Shown here one piece after another: positions 34,722 through 43,777 of a stretch of 64,000 nucleotides of DNA (position 1 is the first letter of the stretch; each line of letters starts with the position of its first letter). The position numbers and the translations under genes were made by a program. The notes beneath the pieces are model-generated. The model ran no database searches. It saw only the letters and a list, made by a program, of their open reading frames with translations, and was not told the origin of the DNA. Source of the stretch: Bacteroidota bacterium (GTDB taxonomy: Bacteria; Bacteroidota; Bacteroidia; JABDFU01); the NCBI GenBank assembly GCA_013286385.1, contig JABDFU010000001.1, forward strand, positions 39,730-103,729. Direction: 5' to 3'.

Positions 34722-37508
34722 ATGAAACTTAAAGTCGGTATTTTTTTCGGTGGCAACTCCAAAGAACGTGAAGTCTCCTTCGCCGGAGGCCGGACGGTTT
34801 ACGACAATCTGAATAAATCCCTTTTCGATGCCGTTCCGGTTTTTGTAGACTCCTTTGGTAATTTCGTTTTGCTCGAGTGGCAATACATTTACAAAGGCAG
34901 TATACGTGATTTTTATCCTCCTGTAGAATTCATACCGTCCGGAAACGATGGCCGCAGAAGCGGCGGCAGTGGCGCAAGCAACAATGGCAACTCCGGCAAG
35001 GGGGACTATCAGATCTACGCTGAAAATCTGGGCCCATTGGGTGCCCGGGAACAGGAAGAGCTCATCGATAAAATCGGAAGCCGCATATACCCTTCAGAGC
35101 TCAACGGTATGATCGATTTTGCTTTTCTCTGCCTGCATGGAAGTAACGGAGAAGACGGCCGCCTTCAGGGCCTGCTCGAATACCTCAGCATTCCCTATTC
35201 GGGTTCCGGGATACTGCCTTCGTCCATAGGCATGAACAAGTCGGTTCAGAAAGAGCTCATGGTCAATGCAGGCTTTGCAAGTCCGGCTTACCTGAGCGTA
35301 AGCCGGGAAGAATGGGACAGGGGCAAAGCAGCCGAATCCCTGTTTGAAAAAGTCAAAAAAAGCATAGGATTCCCGCTGGTTATCAAGCCGGCCAATCAGG
35401 GTTCTTCCATAGGTGTTAGCATACTACATAATTCAGATATTCAGTCATTTACAGTATCAATGGAGAAGGCTTACTTTAATAGGTATCTGTATGCCTCCCA
35501 GTGGAATAAACTGAGCTCCGAAGCCAAGCTCGAATACCTGCGGCAGTTGGCCGACATTCGCGAAGGAATTGGTTTTCCCCTGATGATCCGTAAGCCCGAC
35601 AAAGAGAACCCCAATCCGAATTACGACAAACGCACGGTATTTTATCACCCGGATGAATTGGCTTCTTACCTGGATCAGGTCATGCGAAGCAGGGTAGGGG
35701 TACTGCTCGAATCTGCAGCGGGCGAAAGTCATGTGCTGATCGAGGAATTCATCGAAGGCCGTGAATTTTCCTGTATCGTTCTGCAGGATGAGAACAAAAA
35801 GGCCATTGCCCTGCCTCCGACCGAAATCCGCAAAGGAAAAGAACTCTTCGATTACCGTTCGAAATACCTGCCCGGATTATCCCGCAAGATTACCCCCATC
35901 GATCTGCCGGCAGATCAGATCAACGAACTCAGAAAGCAGTGCGAGCGTCTCTTTTATGCCCTTCATTTCGATGTTTATGCGCGTATAGACGGATTCATCC
36001 GTACCGATGGCCGCATCTTCCTGAACGATCCCAACACGACCTCGGGCATGATGCCCTCTTCCTTCTTTTTTCACCAGGCCGCCGAGATCGGGCTAAATCC
36101 TTCGCAGTTCCTTACCTACATTATCAGAACCTCCCTTTCCTGCCGTATTGCAGACTCCAAAAACAGCGGGCTATACGATCAGTTGCTCGTTCAACTCGAC
36201 AAGGCCATTGAACAGGATCATCACCAGTCGGCAAACCGCATACGGGTGGCCGTTCTGTTCGGAGGCTATTCCTCCGAACGCCATATTTCAGTCGAAAGCG
36301 GACGCAACGTTTTTGAAAAACTGGCCTCCTCTTCGAAATACGAACCACTGCCGGTTTTTCTTACCGGCAGCGACGATGAGCATAAGCTCTACAGTGTTCC
36401 CATCAACCTGTTGCTGAAAGACAATGCCGACGACATCAAAGAAAAAGCCGAGAACTACAGTGTTCATCCGGTCATTCAGCAGATCATCGATGCCTGTGCG
36501 CCCATTACAGCTAAATATGCAGGAACCAAGGCGCTTTCGAAACCCCGGCAACTTTCCTACACCGGATTAAAACAGTCTTGCGAAGTTGTATTCATTGCCT
36601 TGCACGGACGTCCCGGCGAAGACGGAGCCGTGCAGCGTCAGCTCGATAAGCTCGATCTTCCCTACAACGGTTCGGATGCCGCGAGCTCTAAAATCACGAT
36701 TGATAAGTATACGACCAACGAAATCCTGCGCCGCAACGGCTTTCTGGTTGCCCGCCACATGCTGGTAAGCGAAGAAGACTGGCAGGACTACCCCGTTAAG
36801 ATGCTCGACCTGATCAAATCTGATATACACTTTCCTTTTATCGCTAAGCCCGTTGACGACGGTTGCAGTTCAGCCGTACGAAAAATCAAGACGCCCGAAG
36901 AATTCTCGGCCTTCGCCAAACTTATTTTCCGTAAAAACGAAGAACTCGATCCGCAGGCCTCCGAACTACTGCACCTCCGGGCAAAAGAAGAATTTCCCAT
37001 AAAAAAAGTAATCCTTGTCGAAGAACTTATTGCTGCGAATGGCGCCAGGCATTTTCTCGAAATCACCGGAGGCATGCTTACTTCTTATGACACAAGCGGT
37101 CATTTAGAGTACCAGGTCTTCGAAGCCTCCGAGGCCTTGTCCGAAGGAGAAGTGCTGTCACTCGAAGAAAAATTCCTGGCCGGGCAAGGTCAGAATATTA
37201 CTCCGGCAAGGTATTCGGCCGAACCGGTCCTGCGGCAAAAAATTTCGGATCAGGTAAAAAAGCAGCTGGGCGCTGCCGCAAAACTGCTGAACATAAACGG
37301 ATACACCCGCATCGACGCCTTTGTCCGCATATTTTCCGACAGCAGGGTAGAAGTCATCTTTATCGAAGTCAATTCACTTCCGGGCATGACGCCCGCGACC
37401 TGCATCTTTCACCAGTCTGCCCTGCAGGGTTATAAACCGTACGAATTCATCGACCGTATACTCGACTTCGCCTTTGCCCGAAAAAACCGTAAATTGGCTC
37501 CCCGGTGA
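34722..37508 (+). CDS. ddl: Tandem fusion of two D-alanine--D-alanine ligase-like ATP-grasp modules
   Basis: Module 1: 'KVGIFFGGNSKEREVS', 'LHGSNGEDGRLQGLLEYLSIPYSGSG', 'KPANQGSSIGVSIL', 'NDPNTTSGM'. Module 2 (from ~36235): 'RVAVLFGGYSSERHISV', 'LHGRPGEDGAVQRQLDKLDLPYNGSD', 'KPVDDGCSSAVRKI', 'IEVNSLPGMTP'. Confidence 0.75.
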   Translation: MKLKVGIFFGGNSKEREVSFAGGRTVYDNLNKSLFDAVPVFVDSFGNFVLLEWQYIYKGSIRDFYPPVEFIPSGNDGRRSGGSGASNNGNSGKGDYQIYAENLGPLGAREQEELIDKIGSRIYPSELNGMIDFAFLCLHGSNGEDGRLQGLLEYLSIPYSGSGILPSSIGMNKSVQKELMVNAGFASPAYLSVSREEWDRGKAAESLFEKVKKSIGFPLVIKPANQGSSIGVSILHNSDIQSFTVSMEKAYFNRYLYASQWNKLSSEAKLEYLRQLADIREGIGFPLMIRKPDKENPNPNYDKRTVFYHPDELASYLDQVMRSRVGVLLESAAGESHVLIEEFIEGREFSCIVLQDENKKAIALPPTEIRKGKELFDYRSKYLPGLSRKITPIDLPADQINELRKQCERLFYALHFDVYARIDGFIRTDGRIFLNDPNTTSGMMPSSFFFHQAAEIGLNPSQFLTYIIRTSLSCRIADSKNSGLYDQLLVQLDKAIEQDHHQSANRIRVAVLFGGYSSERHISVESGRNVFEKLASSSKYEPLPVFLTGSDDEHKLYSVPINLLLKDNADDIKEKAENYSVHPVIQQIIDACAPITAKYAGTKALSKPRQLSYTGLKQSCEVVFIALHGRPGEDGAVQRQLDKLDLPYNGSDAASSKITIDKYTTNEILRRNGFLVARHMLVSEEDWQDYPVKMLDLIKSDIHFPFIAKPVDDGCSSAVRKIKTPEEFSAFAKLIFRKNEELDPQASELLHLRAKEEFPIKKVILVEELIAANGARHFLEITGGMLTSYDTSGHLEYQVFEASEALSEGEVLSLEEKFLAGQGQNITPARYSAEPVLRQKISDQVKKQLGAAAKLLNINGYTRIDAFVRIFSDSRVEVIFIEVNSLPGMTPATCIFHQSALQGYKPYEFIDRILDFAFARKNRKLAPR

Positions 37509-38332
37509 GCAACTTCGTTTCGTTTATTAAAAGCAAAGTCTTTTTAAAACATCTGGGCCTGGCTTTGCTCGTGCTTTTCGTACTGACCTGGATAGTTTTC
37601 AAGGCGCTGAACATTTATACCCTGCACGGAGAAAGCATACAGGTACCCGATTTTACGGGTCTGAAAATAGCAGAACTGAACACCTTTGCGAAGGAGAATA
37701 AACTCAATTGCCGTATCATCGACTCCGTGTACGACCCCAAAGCTCCAAAAGGCATCGTGATACGCCAGGATCCTGCAAATAAAATTGCAGTCAAACAAAA
37801 TAGAACCATCTATTTGTACGTTACCACCCAGACAGCACCCCAGGTCATCATGCCGAAGCTTAAAGATAAATCACTCCGACAAGCCATTTCCATGCTCGAA
37901 TCCTATGGTCTCCGTTTTGGCCATCCACAATATAAACCCGATCAATGCGCCAATTGTATACTCGAACAGCGTGTAAAGGGAAAAAAAATAGAGGCCGGTA
38001 CCTCACTTCCCAAAGGAACCATAGTCGACCTGGTGGTTGGAAAAGGCCTGAGCAACGAAAAGGTAAGCATCCCGAATCTGAGTGGTCTCACCTATAGCCA
38101 GGCCCTTGATAAACTCGGCGAATTTTCGCTCAGCGAAGGGGTTCCTACTTTTGAAGCCCCCGCCGATACGCTGCATGAAAAACTCTACCGTCAGATTCCC
38201 GGCCCCGGTAAAGACCGACTGATACGCATGGGAAGCAGCATCGATCTGTTTTTTACAAACGATAAAGACAAATTAAAACAACCCGGTACTGACGAACCAT
38301 CAGACACTGTACTACAGAATAAACCCCAATAA
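37505..38332 (+). CDS. Membrane-anchored standalone PASTA-domain protein
   Basis: GTG start in a GTGA overlap, TM 'LGLALLVLFVLTWIVF', and three PASTA-like repeats ('VPDFTGLKIAELNTFAKENKL', 'MPKLKDKSLRQAISMLESYGL', 'IPNLSGLTYSQALDKLGEF'). Confidence 0.75.
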   Translation: MSNFVSFIKSKVFLKHLGLALLVLFVLTWIVFKALNIYTLHGESIQVPDFTGLKIAELNTFAKENKLNCRIIDSVYDPKAPKGIVIRQDPANKIAVKQNRTIYLYVTTQTAPQVIMPKLKDKSLRQAISMLESYGLRFGHPQYKPDQCANCILEQRVKGKKIEAGTSLPKGTIVDLVVGKGLSNEKVSIPNLSGLTYSQALDKLGEFSLSEGVPTFEAPADTLHEKLYRQIPGPGKDRLIRMGSSIDLFFTNDKDKLKQPGTDEPSDTVLQNKPQ

Positions 38333-40264
38333 ATGAGAAAAGTTCTATTTTGGATAGTCTTGCTGGGTTCTGTAAGGCTTTCTGCCCAGGAAATCATCGG
38401 CAGCCTTCAAACCAATCCCGTCATCATCCAGCATTACAACCAGCATTACAACAATATTATTAAGCACCACATCGTTCCTCAACCCATCCCCAACGATACA
38501 CTTCCTTTTCTCGATGACTTTTCACGTCCGGGGCCCTATCCCGACTCCTCCAAATGGATCGATAAATCAGTCTTTATCAACCGCACATTCGCCATCGCGC
38601 CGCCTTCTATAGGCGTTGCCACCTTTGACGGTCTTGATTCAACAGGATACCCCTACGATTTTTCGGCAAGTCCGACCACCGTAGCCCCGGCCGATTATCT
38701 CACTTCGAGGCCTATCAACATGCCTGCTGCAGGAGGCGATTACGACTCCTCGGTCTTCTTCAGTTTTTACTACCAGGCACAGGGCAATGGCATATACCCC
38801 AAGACTGACGATTCCCTTGTACTCGAATTTTATGCCCCCAACTCCCGGACCTGGAACTGGATATGGTCCGTTCCGGGCTACCAGCCTGTATTCCCTGATA
38901 CCGGATTCCACCTGGTCATGATCCATATAAAAGATACCGCCTTTTTTCAAACCGGTTTTCAGTTCAGGTTCCGCAATTACGCCTGTCCCTGCGGTAACGT
39001 AGACCACTGGAACATCGATTACGTCTACCTCAACAAATCCCGAAACTACAACGATACCGTTTTTCAGGATATTGCCTTTGTCTACAATCCTTCGCCCTTG
39101 CTCAAAAACTACCATCAGATGCCCTGGCGGCAGTTCATCCGTTCAGAATTGGCAGACACCTTATCCACTTTCATACGCAACAACAATACCAGTGCAGTTA
39201 ACCGAACCTACACGTATCAGATCGACAGTGGCTCGACAACCCTGAGCCCCATCTGGACCCCAAGTGCCTCCAACCTGTTTCCTTTTGATACAAGCGGTTA
39301 TTGCCCTTACAAGCCTTTTGCCCGTCCTCCTATGGTCGACAGCAGCAGTATAGGGCCGGTCTTTAAAGACACGGCCGAATTCGTCTGGACCAGTTATTTC
39401 AACAATAATTCGGGAGACTTCGACTATTACAACGACACCGTCCGCTATTATCAGCGCTTTACCGATTATTATGCCTACGACGACGGCACTGCCGAACAGG
39501 CCTATTTCCTGCAGAGTGAACCCACCTTTGATCCTTCGTTCTGCATGCAGTTCAAATTAAATGCTGTTGACACTATTCGCGCCATCGAACTATTTTTTAA
39601 TCCGGTGGTAACCAATGCAACGCTCTTTGGTTTCAGGCTTGCCGTCTGGAACGATAAGGGAGGAATGCCCGGTACCCAGATCTACACCGATACGATTTTA
39701 GAATACCCCGATTACGTTCAGGGCACTTTCAATCAGTTTGCGGTTTACCGGATGAGAGATACCGCATTCGTTCTCCAGCCGGGCTACTGGTACTTCGGAT
39801 TCACACAGGACAATTCAACCACCAACGAAAACCCTCTGAATATAGGATTCGATGTCAACACCAATTCGAACAGTAAAACCTGGGTAAATGTTGACGGTTC
39901 CTGGCAGCAATCCGATCCCACCGGTCCGAACGGCCCTGTAACAGGTACCGTCATGCTCAGACCCCTGTTTGGCGTAAACAGATCTCTCACCGGCATACAA
40001 AATCCCAAAAAACCAGCGGTCAACTTCGCCGTATACCCCAATCCTGCATCCACTTCAGCAAACCTGATCCTTAGTTCATCAAACGAAAGCAATCCGACCT
40101 ACAGCATGAGCCTGCTTGATACCTACGGTAACCTGCTCCTTACCATCAACAATTACAAAGCCACGCCCATAGACTGCTCAAGTCTGGCCGAAGGCGTCTA
40201 TTTTATCAGACTCAGCGATCAAAAATTTAATTCATCAGTAAAGCGCCTGGTTGTAATTCATTAA
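38333..40264 (+). CDS. Secreted protein of unknown function with T9SS type-A C-terminal sorting domain
   Basis: Signal 'MRKVLFWIVLLGSVRLSA/QE'. The C-terminus 'FAVYPNPASTSANLIL...GVYFIRLSDQKFNSSVKRLVVIH' follows the Por secretion tail pattern. Confidence 0.7.
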   Translation: MRKVLFWIVLLGSVRLSAQEIIGSLQTNPVIIQHYNQHYNNIIKHHIVPQPIPNDTLPFLDDFSRPGPYPDSSKWIDKSVFINRTFAIAPPSIGVATFDGLDSTGYPYDFSASPTTVAPADYLTSRPINMPAAGGDYDSSVFFSFYYQAQGNGIYPKTDDSLVLEFYAPNSRTWNWIWSVPGYQPVFPDTGFHLVMIHIKDTAFFQTGFQFRFRNYACPCGNVDHWNIDYVYLNKSRNYNDTVFQDIAFVYNPSPLLKNYHQMPWRQFIRSELADTLSTFIRNNNTSAVNRTYTYQIDSGSTTLSPIWTPSASNLFPFDTSGYCPYKPFARPPMVDSSSIGPVFKDTAEFVWTSYFNNNSGDFDYYNDTVRYYQRFTDYYAYDDGTAEQAYFLQSEPTFDPSFCMQFKLNAVDTIRAIELFFNPVVTNATLFGFRLAVWNDKGGMPGTQIYTDTILEYPDYVQGTFNQFAVYRMRDTAFVLQPGYWYFGFTQDNSTTNENPLNIGFDVNTNSNSKTWVNVDGSWQQSDPTGPNGPVTGTVMLRPLFGVNRSLTGIQNPKKPAVNFAVYPNPASTSANLILSSSNESNPTYSMSLLDTYGNLLLTINNYKATPIDCSSLAEGVYFIRLSDQKFNSSVKRLVVIH

Positions 40265-41311
40265 ATGGAAGAAGAGGAAGGCGAACAGGAGTTATTTGAA
40301 CATTACCGCTTCGTCATTGACAAAGGCCAGGAACCCCTGCGCATCGATAAATTCCTGATGAACCGCGTTGAAAACGCGACCCGGTCAAAAATACAGCAAG
40401 CTGCCGAAGCCGGGACGATACACGTCAACGGCAAGGCAGTCCGGTCTAATTACCGGGTAAAGCCGGCAGACCTCATAACCATTCTGCTTACCAGGCCTGT
40501 GAGGGAAATCGAACTGATTCCCCAGGACATTCCTATCGATATTGTTTACGAAGACCAGGATTTTATCATTGTCAACAAGGAAGCCGGCATGGTCGTACAT
40601 CCGGCTTATGGCAACTACAAAGGCACCCTGATGAACGCACTGGTTTACCACTTCGAAAATCTTCCGGTACGCGAATACAACAACAAAGACATCGATGCGC
40701 GTATACGTCCCGGACTGGTCCACCGTATCGACAAAAATACCTCCGGCATCCTGGTCATTGCCAAGACCGACAACAGCATGGCAAAGCTGGCCAAAGAATT
40801 CTTCGACCACAGCATAGACCGCACCTACTGGGCCCTGGTCTGGGGCGATTTCAAAGAAGAGACAGGCACCATCACCGGCCATATCGGCCGCAGTCTTAAG
40901 GATCGTAAGAAAATGGACGTGTTTCCCCACGGAGAGTTCGGCAAGACAGCCATTACCCATTATAAAATACTCGAACGCTTCGGATACGTCACCCTGATCG
41001 AATGCAAGCTGGAAACCGGCCGCACGCATCAAATACGAGTTCATCTGCGCTACGCAGGACACCCCGTTTTCAACGATGAGGTCTACGGCGGCGACCGCAT
41101 TTTAAAAGGAACCACCTTCAGCAAATACAAGCAATTTGTAGAAAACTGCTTCAAGCTGTTGCCCCGTCATGCCCTGCATGCCAAATCCCTGGGCTTCATT
41201 CATCCCACAACAAAAAAATACGTTCACTTTGATTCCCGGCTTCCCCCTGACATGGAAGCGGTGGTTGGCAAATGGAGAGAATACGCCCGGCACAAGGCCC
41301 TGGAGGAATAA
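40265..41311 (+). CDS. rluD: RluA-family 23S rRNA pseudouridine synthase (RluD-like)
   Basis: S4-like N-terminus 'RIDKFLMNRVENATRSKIQQAAEAGTIHVNGKAV', catalytic 'HRIDKNTSGILVIAKT', and 'GRTHQIRVHL'. Confidence 0.9.
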   Translation: MEEEEGEQELFEHYRFVIDKGQEPLRIDKFLMNRVENATRSKIQQAAEAGTIHVNGKAVRSNYRVKPADLITILLTRPVREIELIPQDIPIDIVYEDQDFIIVNKEAGMVVHPAYGNYKGTLMNALVYHFENLPVREYNNKDIDARIRPGLVHRIDKNTSGILVIAKTDNSMAKLAKEFFDHSIDRTYWALVWGDFKEETGTITGHIGRSLKDRKKMDVFPHGEFGKTAITHYKILERFGYVTLIECKLETGRTHQIRVHLRYAGHPVFNDEVYGGDRILKGTTFSKYKQFVENCFKLLPRHALHAKSLGFIHPTTKKYVHFDSRLPPDMEAVVGKWREYARHKALEE

Positions 41312-41595
41312 AAGTCCATGAGGAATAAACCGTCTCTGAAGTGTGAGTTGGCCAGTTCCTTTTCCAGTCTTATTCCTAAAAGGGAACAGGCAAGTCCTGT
41401 ATCCGTGAAATATAGTTTTGGAGTTTTAACAACGCGTTTATTAAAATTTTGGTGATGTGGAGGAAGAAAAAACACAATGTAACTGCTCTGTAATATAGCT
41501 AACCAGGAATTGACTGTTTTTATGTTAATTCCGCATTCATTGTTTAAAGTAGTACAAATATAGTAATTGATTACCCTATTTGTACTAATCTTCAA
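41312..41595 (-). pseudogene. Relic of a DUF4143-type AAA+ ATPase gene (internal fragment only)
   Basis: 'NIKTVNSWLAILQSSYIVFFLPPHHQNFNKRVVKTPKLYFTDTGLACSLLGI' matches the DUF4143 region of Bacteroidota 'ATP-binding protein' genes. The N-terminal ATPase part and the C-terminal end are missing. The track ORF (41224..41595) reads through into the rluD 3' end. Confidence 0.55.
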
Positions 41596-43777
41596 TACTG
41601 ATTTTTCCTGTTCCCAGGACAGTTGAAGAATTCAAAACCCTGTAGAAATACATCCCCGGGGCCAGGTTGCCCCGGTTCAGAATAAATGTCGTTGCCACAT
41701 CTGACGCACTACTTTGGCCGACTATACCCGGGCCGGCTGCATTGATTTGCCTTTCAACCAGCCTTCCCATTGCGTCATAAATAAACAGACTCAGGCTGCC
41801 TGTTTCAGTAACCAGGATTGTAGCGCTTTCCCGCATCGGGTTGGGGTAAACAGTTACCTTTCCATGCAGGCCTGTCAGAGCAGGCCTGCCGATCCCCAGA
41901 ACATTGTCCCAGTTGAACATTCCGTTCGAAGCCGAAGAAGTCAATCCTCCCGACCAGCCCGTGGTTACGTCGTAAAATCCGATTGCGCCATGATTCGTGC
42001 TGTCGATTCTGCTCCAGTTCAGTCCCCCGTTATCTGTACTAACAGTGCCCCTATCCGACCCGCTCATGCCGCTCATGATGTAATTACCGATTGCGCCCGG
42101 TACAGAACAAAGCCAGCCATTCAGAATTGGTCCGCTATAGCCCAGCCCCGACCAGGAATTTCCTCCGTCAGATGTACTCTCAATCGAATGTCCGTCTGTC
42201 ACTATTCCATTGCTTGAATCGGTGAAAGCTATTCCGCAAATCTGTCCGACCAGTCCCGAATTTTCAACTCTCCAGCTCTGGCCCATGTTGGAGGATTTAA
42301 AGATGCGTCCCGCAGTAGTGGTAAACCAGAGTGAATTTCTGACAGCGGCAAATGTGTTATCCAGGCCTTCTTCGTTAAGCAGGTTGTAGGGAATATTTGC
42401 CTGTGGTACTCTGGTCCAGTTTTGGCCTCCGTTGGTTGTTGTGTAAATTTCCCAGTAGCCCTGATTCGAATCTCCCACGCAAACCCCGTTATTCGAATTG
42501 AAAAAATAAACCAGGTCCGGATATCCCCAGGGCCCTGCAAAAGTTGCTGTAGCCTGATGATTCCAGGTTTTTCCGCTATCCGAAGTCATGTAGACGGCAC
42601 CTCCTCCGGCTGTATTACTGGTATCAATCATACTTACCCAGGCGGTATCAGCACTGCGGGCAAAAACGCAGTTAATTGTCATTTTGCTGCCGGCTGCGGA
42701 AACAGTATCCGCCTTCCAGCCAATGCCCCCATTTACAGTTGAAATACAGGTATTTGTATACGTATTTCGGGTCGTATCAAAAACCGAAGCCCAGACGGTA
42801 TTCTGGTTTACAACCGAAATGCTGAAAGCGCTCAGATTCGAAGTGCCCAGGCCGGATGGTTCCATAAACCACTCACCCGAAGCCGAGACATATGGATTCG
42901 CAATCCTCACGATTACACTGTCCGTAAAAAAACAGCCGTTCGTGTCGCTTACACTAACTTTCCATACCAGTGCAGAGGCTGTGTCCAGAATAGTAAAAAC
43001 GTCGGTGTCCCTGCTCATTGAAAGGTTTCCTCCCGGGCTCCAGCTAAAACTGAAAGGGCCGGCCGAATCCCCGTAATCTGCTGCAATTGCAACCCTCAGG
43101 CTGTCTGCAATTCCGGTATACAGCGATTTGTATCTCACATGAAAGGCGGCATCGATGCCGTTCACCGTGAACCGGGCGCTGTCTATAACAAGACAGCCGT
43201 TCGTGTCGAGTATGCTCACCTGACACAGAATACTTTTGCCGGGCCCTGTCCAGGTAACTACGTTGCTGTCGGCGCTGACAGAAAGCATCCCCTTTGGGCT
43301 CCATCCGAAGAAAAAGGGGCCTGTTGAATCCCCAACATCCTTTGCAATCAATGCAATCAGCGTATCGGGCGTTCCCGAACAAACCGAGTACTGTTTTGAA
43401 AAGAGGGTAGAAGAGAGGCTGTTGATCATCAAGCTAATTACCGTACTGGTATCATTAAGACATCCAGAACCTTTGGTTGACAGCGCCACCAAACGGAAAC
43501 TCATTTGCCCACCGGCAAGACTATCCGTGCGAATGCGCAGACTGTCTGTATTTATACCCTTGTAGGTGAATCCGCTGTCCAATGTAGTCCAGACTCCGGC
43601 CTTGAGCACCATCCATTTCAATAAACTGTCCGTCCCCGTAACGCTTACTTTCAGAAATGTGCTGTCTCCTTTGCAAAGCGAATTGTTCGGCGAAGCCGGA
43701 TTGAGCGTGGGGCATTGCCCATAAGAAGCGAGTAGCCAATAGCCAATAGTGAATAGGGAAAGAAAAAACCGCTTCAT
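41585..43777 (-). CDS. Secreted Asp-box (BNR) beta-propeller protein with T9SS type-A C-terminal domain
   Basis: Signal 'FFLSLFTIGYWLLASYG/QC'. Two internal N-terminal repeats ('IAKDVGDSTGPFFFGWSPKGMLSVSADSNVVT' and 'IAADYGDSAGPFSFSWSPGGNLSMSRDTDVFT'). Asp-boxes 'SDSGKTW', 'TNGGQNW', 'SNMGQSW', 'SDGGNSW', 'TDNGGLNW'. Tail 'VTVYPNPMRESATILV...GMYFYRVL'. Confidence 0.75.
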   Translation of the reverse strand: MKRFFLSLFTIGYWLLASYGQCPTLNPASPNNSLCKGDSTFLKVSVTGTDSLLKWMVLKAGVWTTLDSGFTYKGINTDSLRIRTDSLAGGQMSFRLVALSTKGSGCLNDTSTVISLMINSLSSTLFSKQYSVCSGTPDTLIALIAKDVGDSTGPFFFGWSPKGMLSVSADSNVVTWTGPGKSILCQVSILDTNGCLVIDSARFTVNGIDAAFHVRYKSLYTGIADSLRVAIAADYGDSAGPFSFSWSPGGNLSMSRDTDVFTILDTASALVWKVSVSDTNGCFFTDSVIVRIANPYVSASGEWFMEPSGLGTSNLSAFSISVVNQNTVWASVFDTTRNTYTNTCISTVNGGIGWKADTVSAAGSKMTINCVFARSADTAWVSMIDTSNTAGGGAVYMTSDSGKTWNHQATATFAGPWGYPDLVYFFNSNNGVCVGDSNQGYWEIYTTTNGGQNWTRVPQANIPYNLLNEEGLDNTFAAVRNSLWFTTTAGRIFKSSNMGQSWRVENSGLVGQICGIAFTDSSNGIVTDGHSIESTSDGGNSWSGLGYSGPILNGWLCSVPGAIGNYIMSGMSGSDRGTVSTDNGGLNWSRIDSTNHGAIGFYDVTTGWSGGLTSSASNGMFNWDNVLGIGRPALTGLHGKVTVYPNPMRESATILVTETGSLSLFIYDAMGRLVERQINAAGPGIVGQSSASDVATTFILNRGNLAPGMYFYRVLNSSTVLGTGKISIED

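Noticed and set aside
41224-41595. 123-aa ORF as an intact gene
   Set aside because: Only the middle ~85 aa resemble a known family (DUF4143). The ORF lacks the ATPase domain and runs into the rluD coding region, so I treat it as a relic, not a functional CDS.
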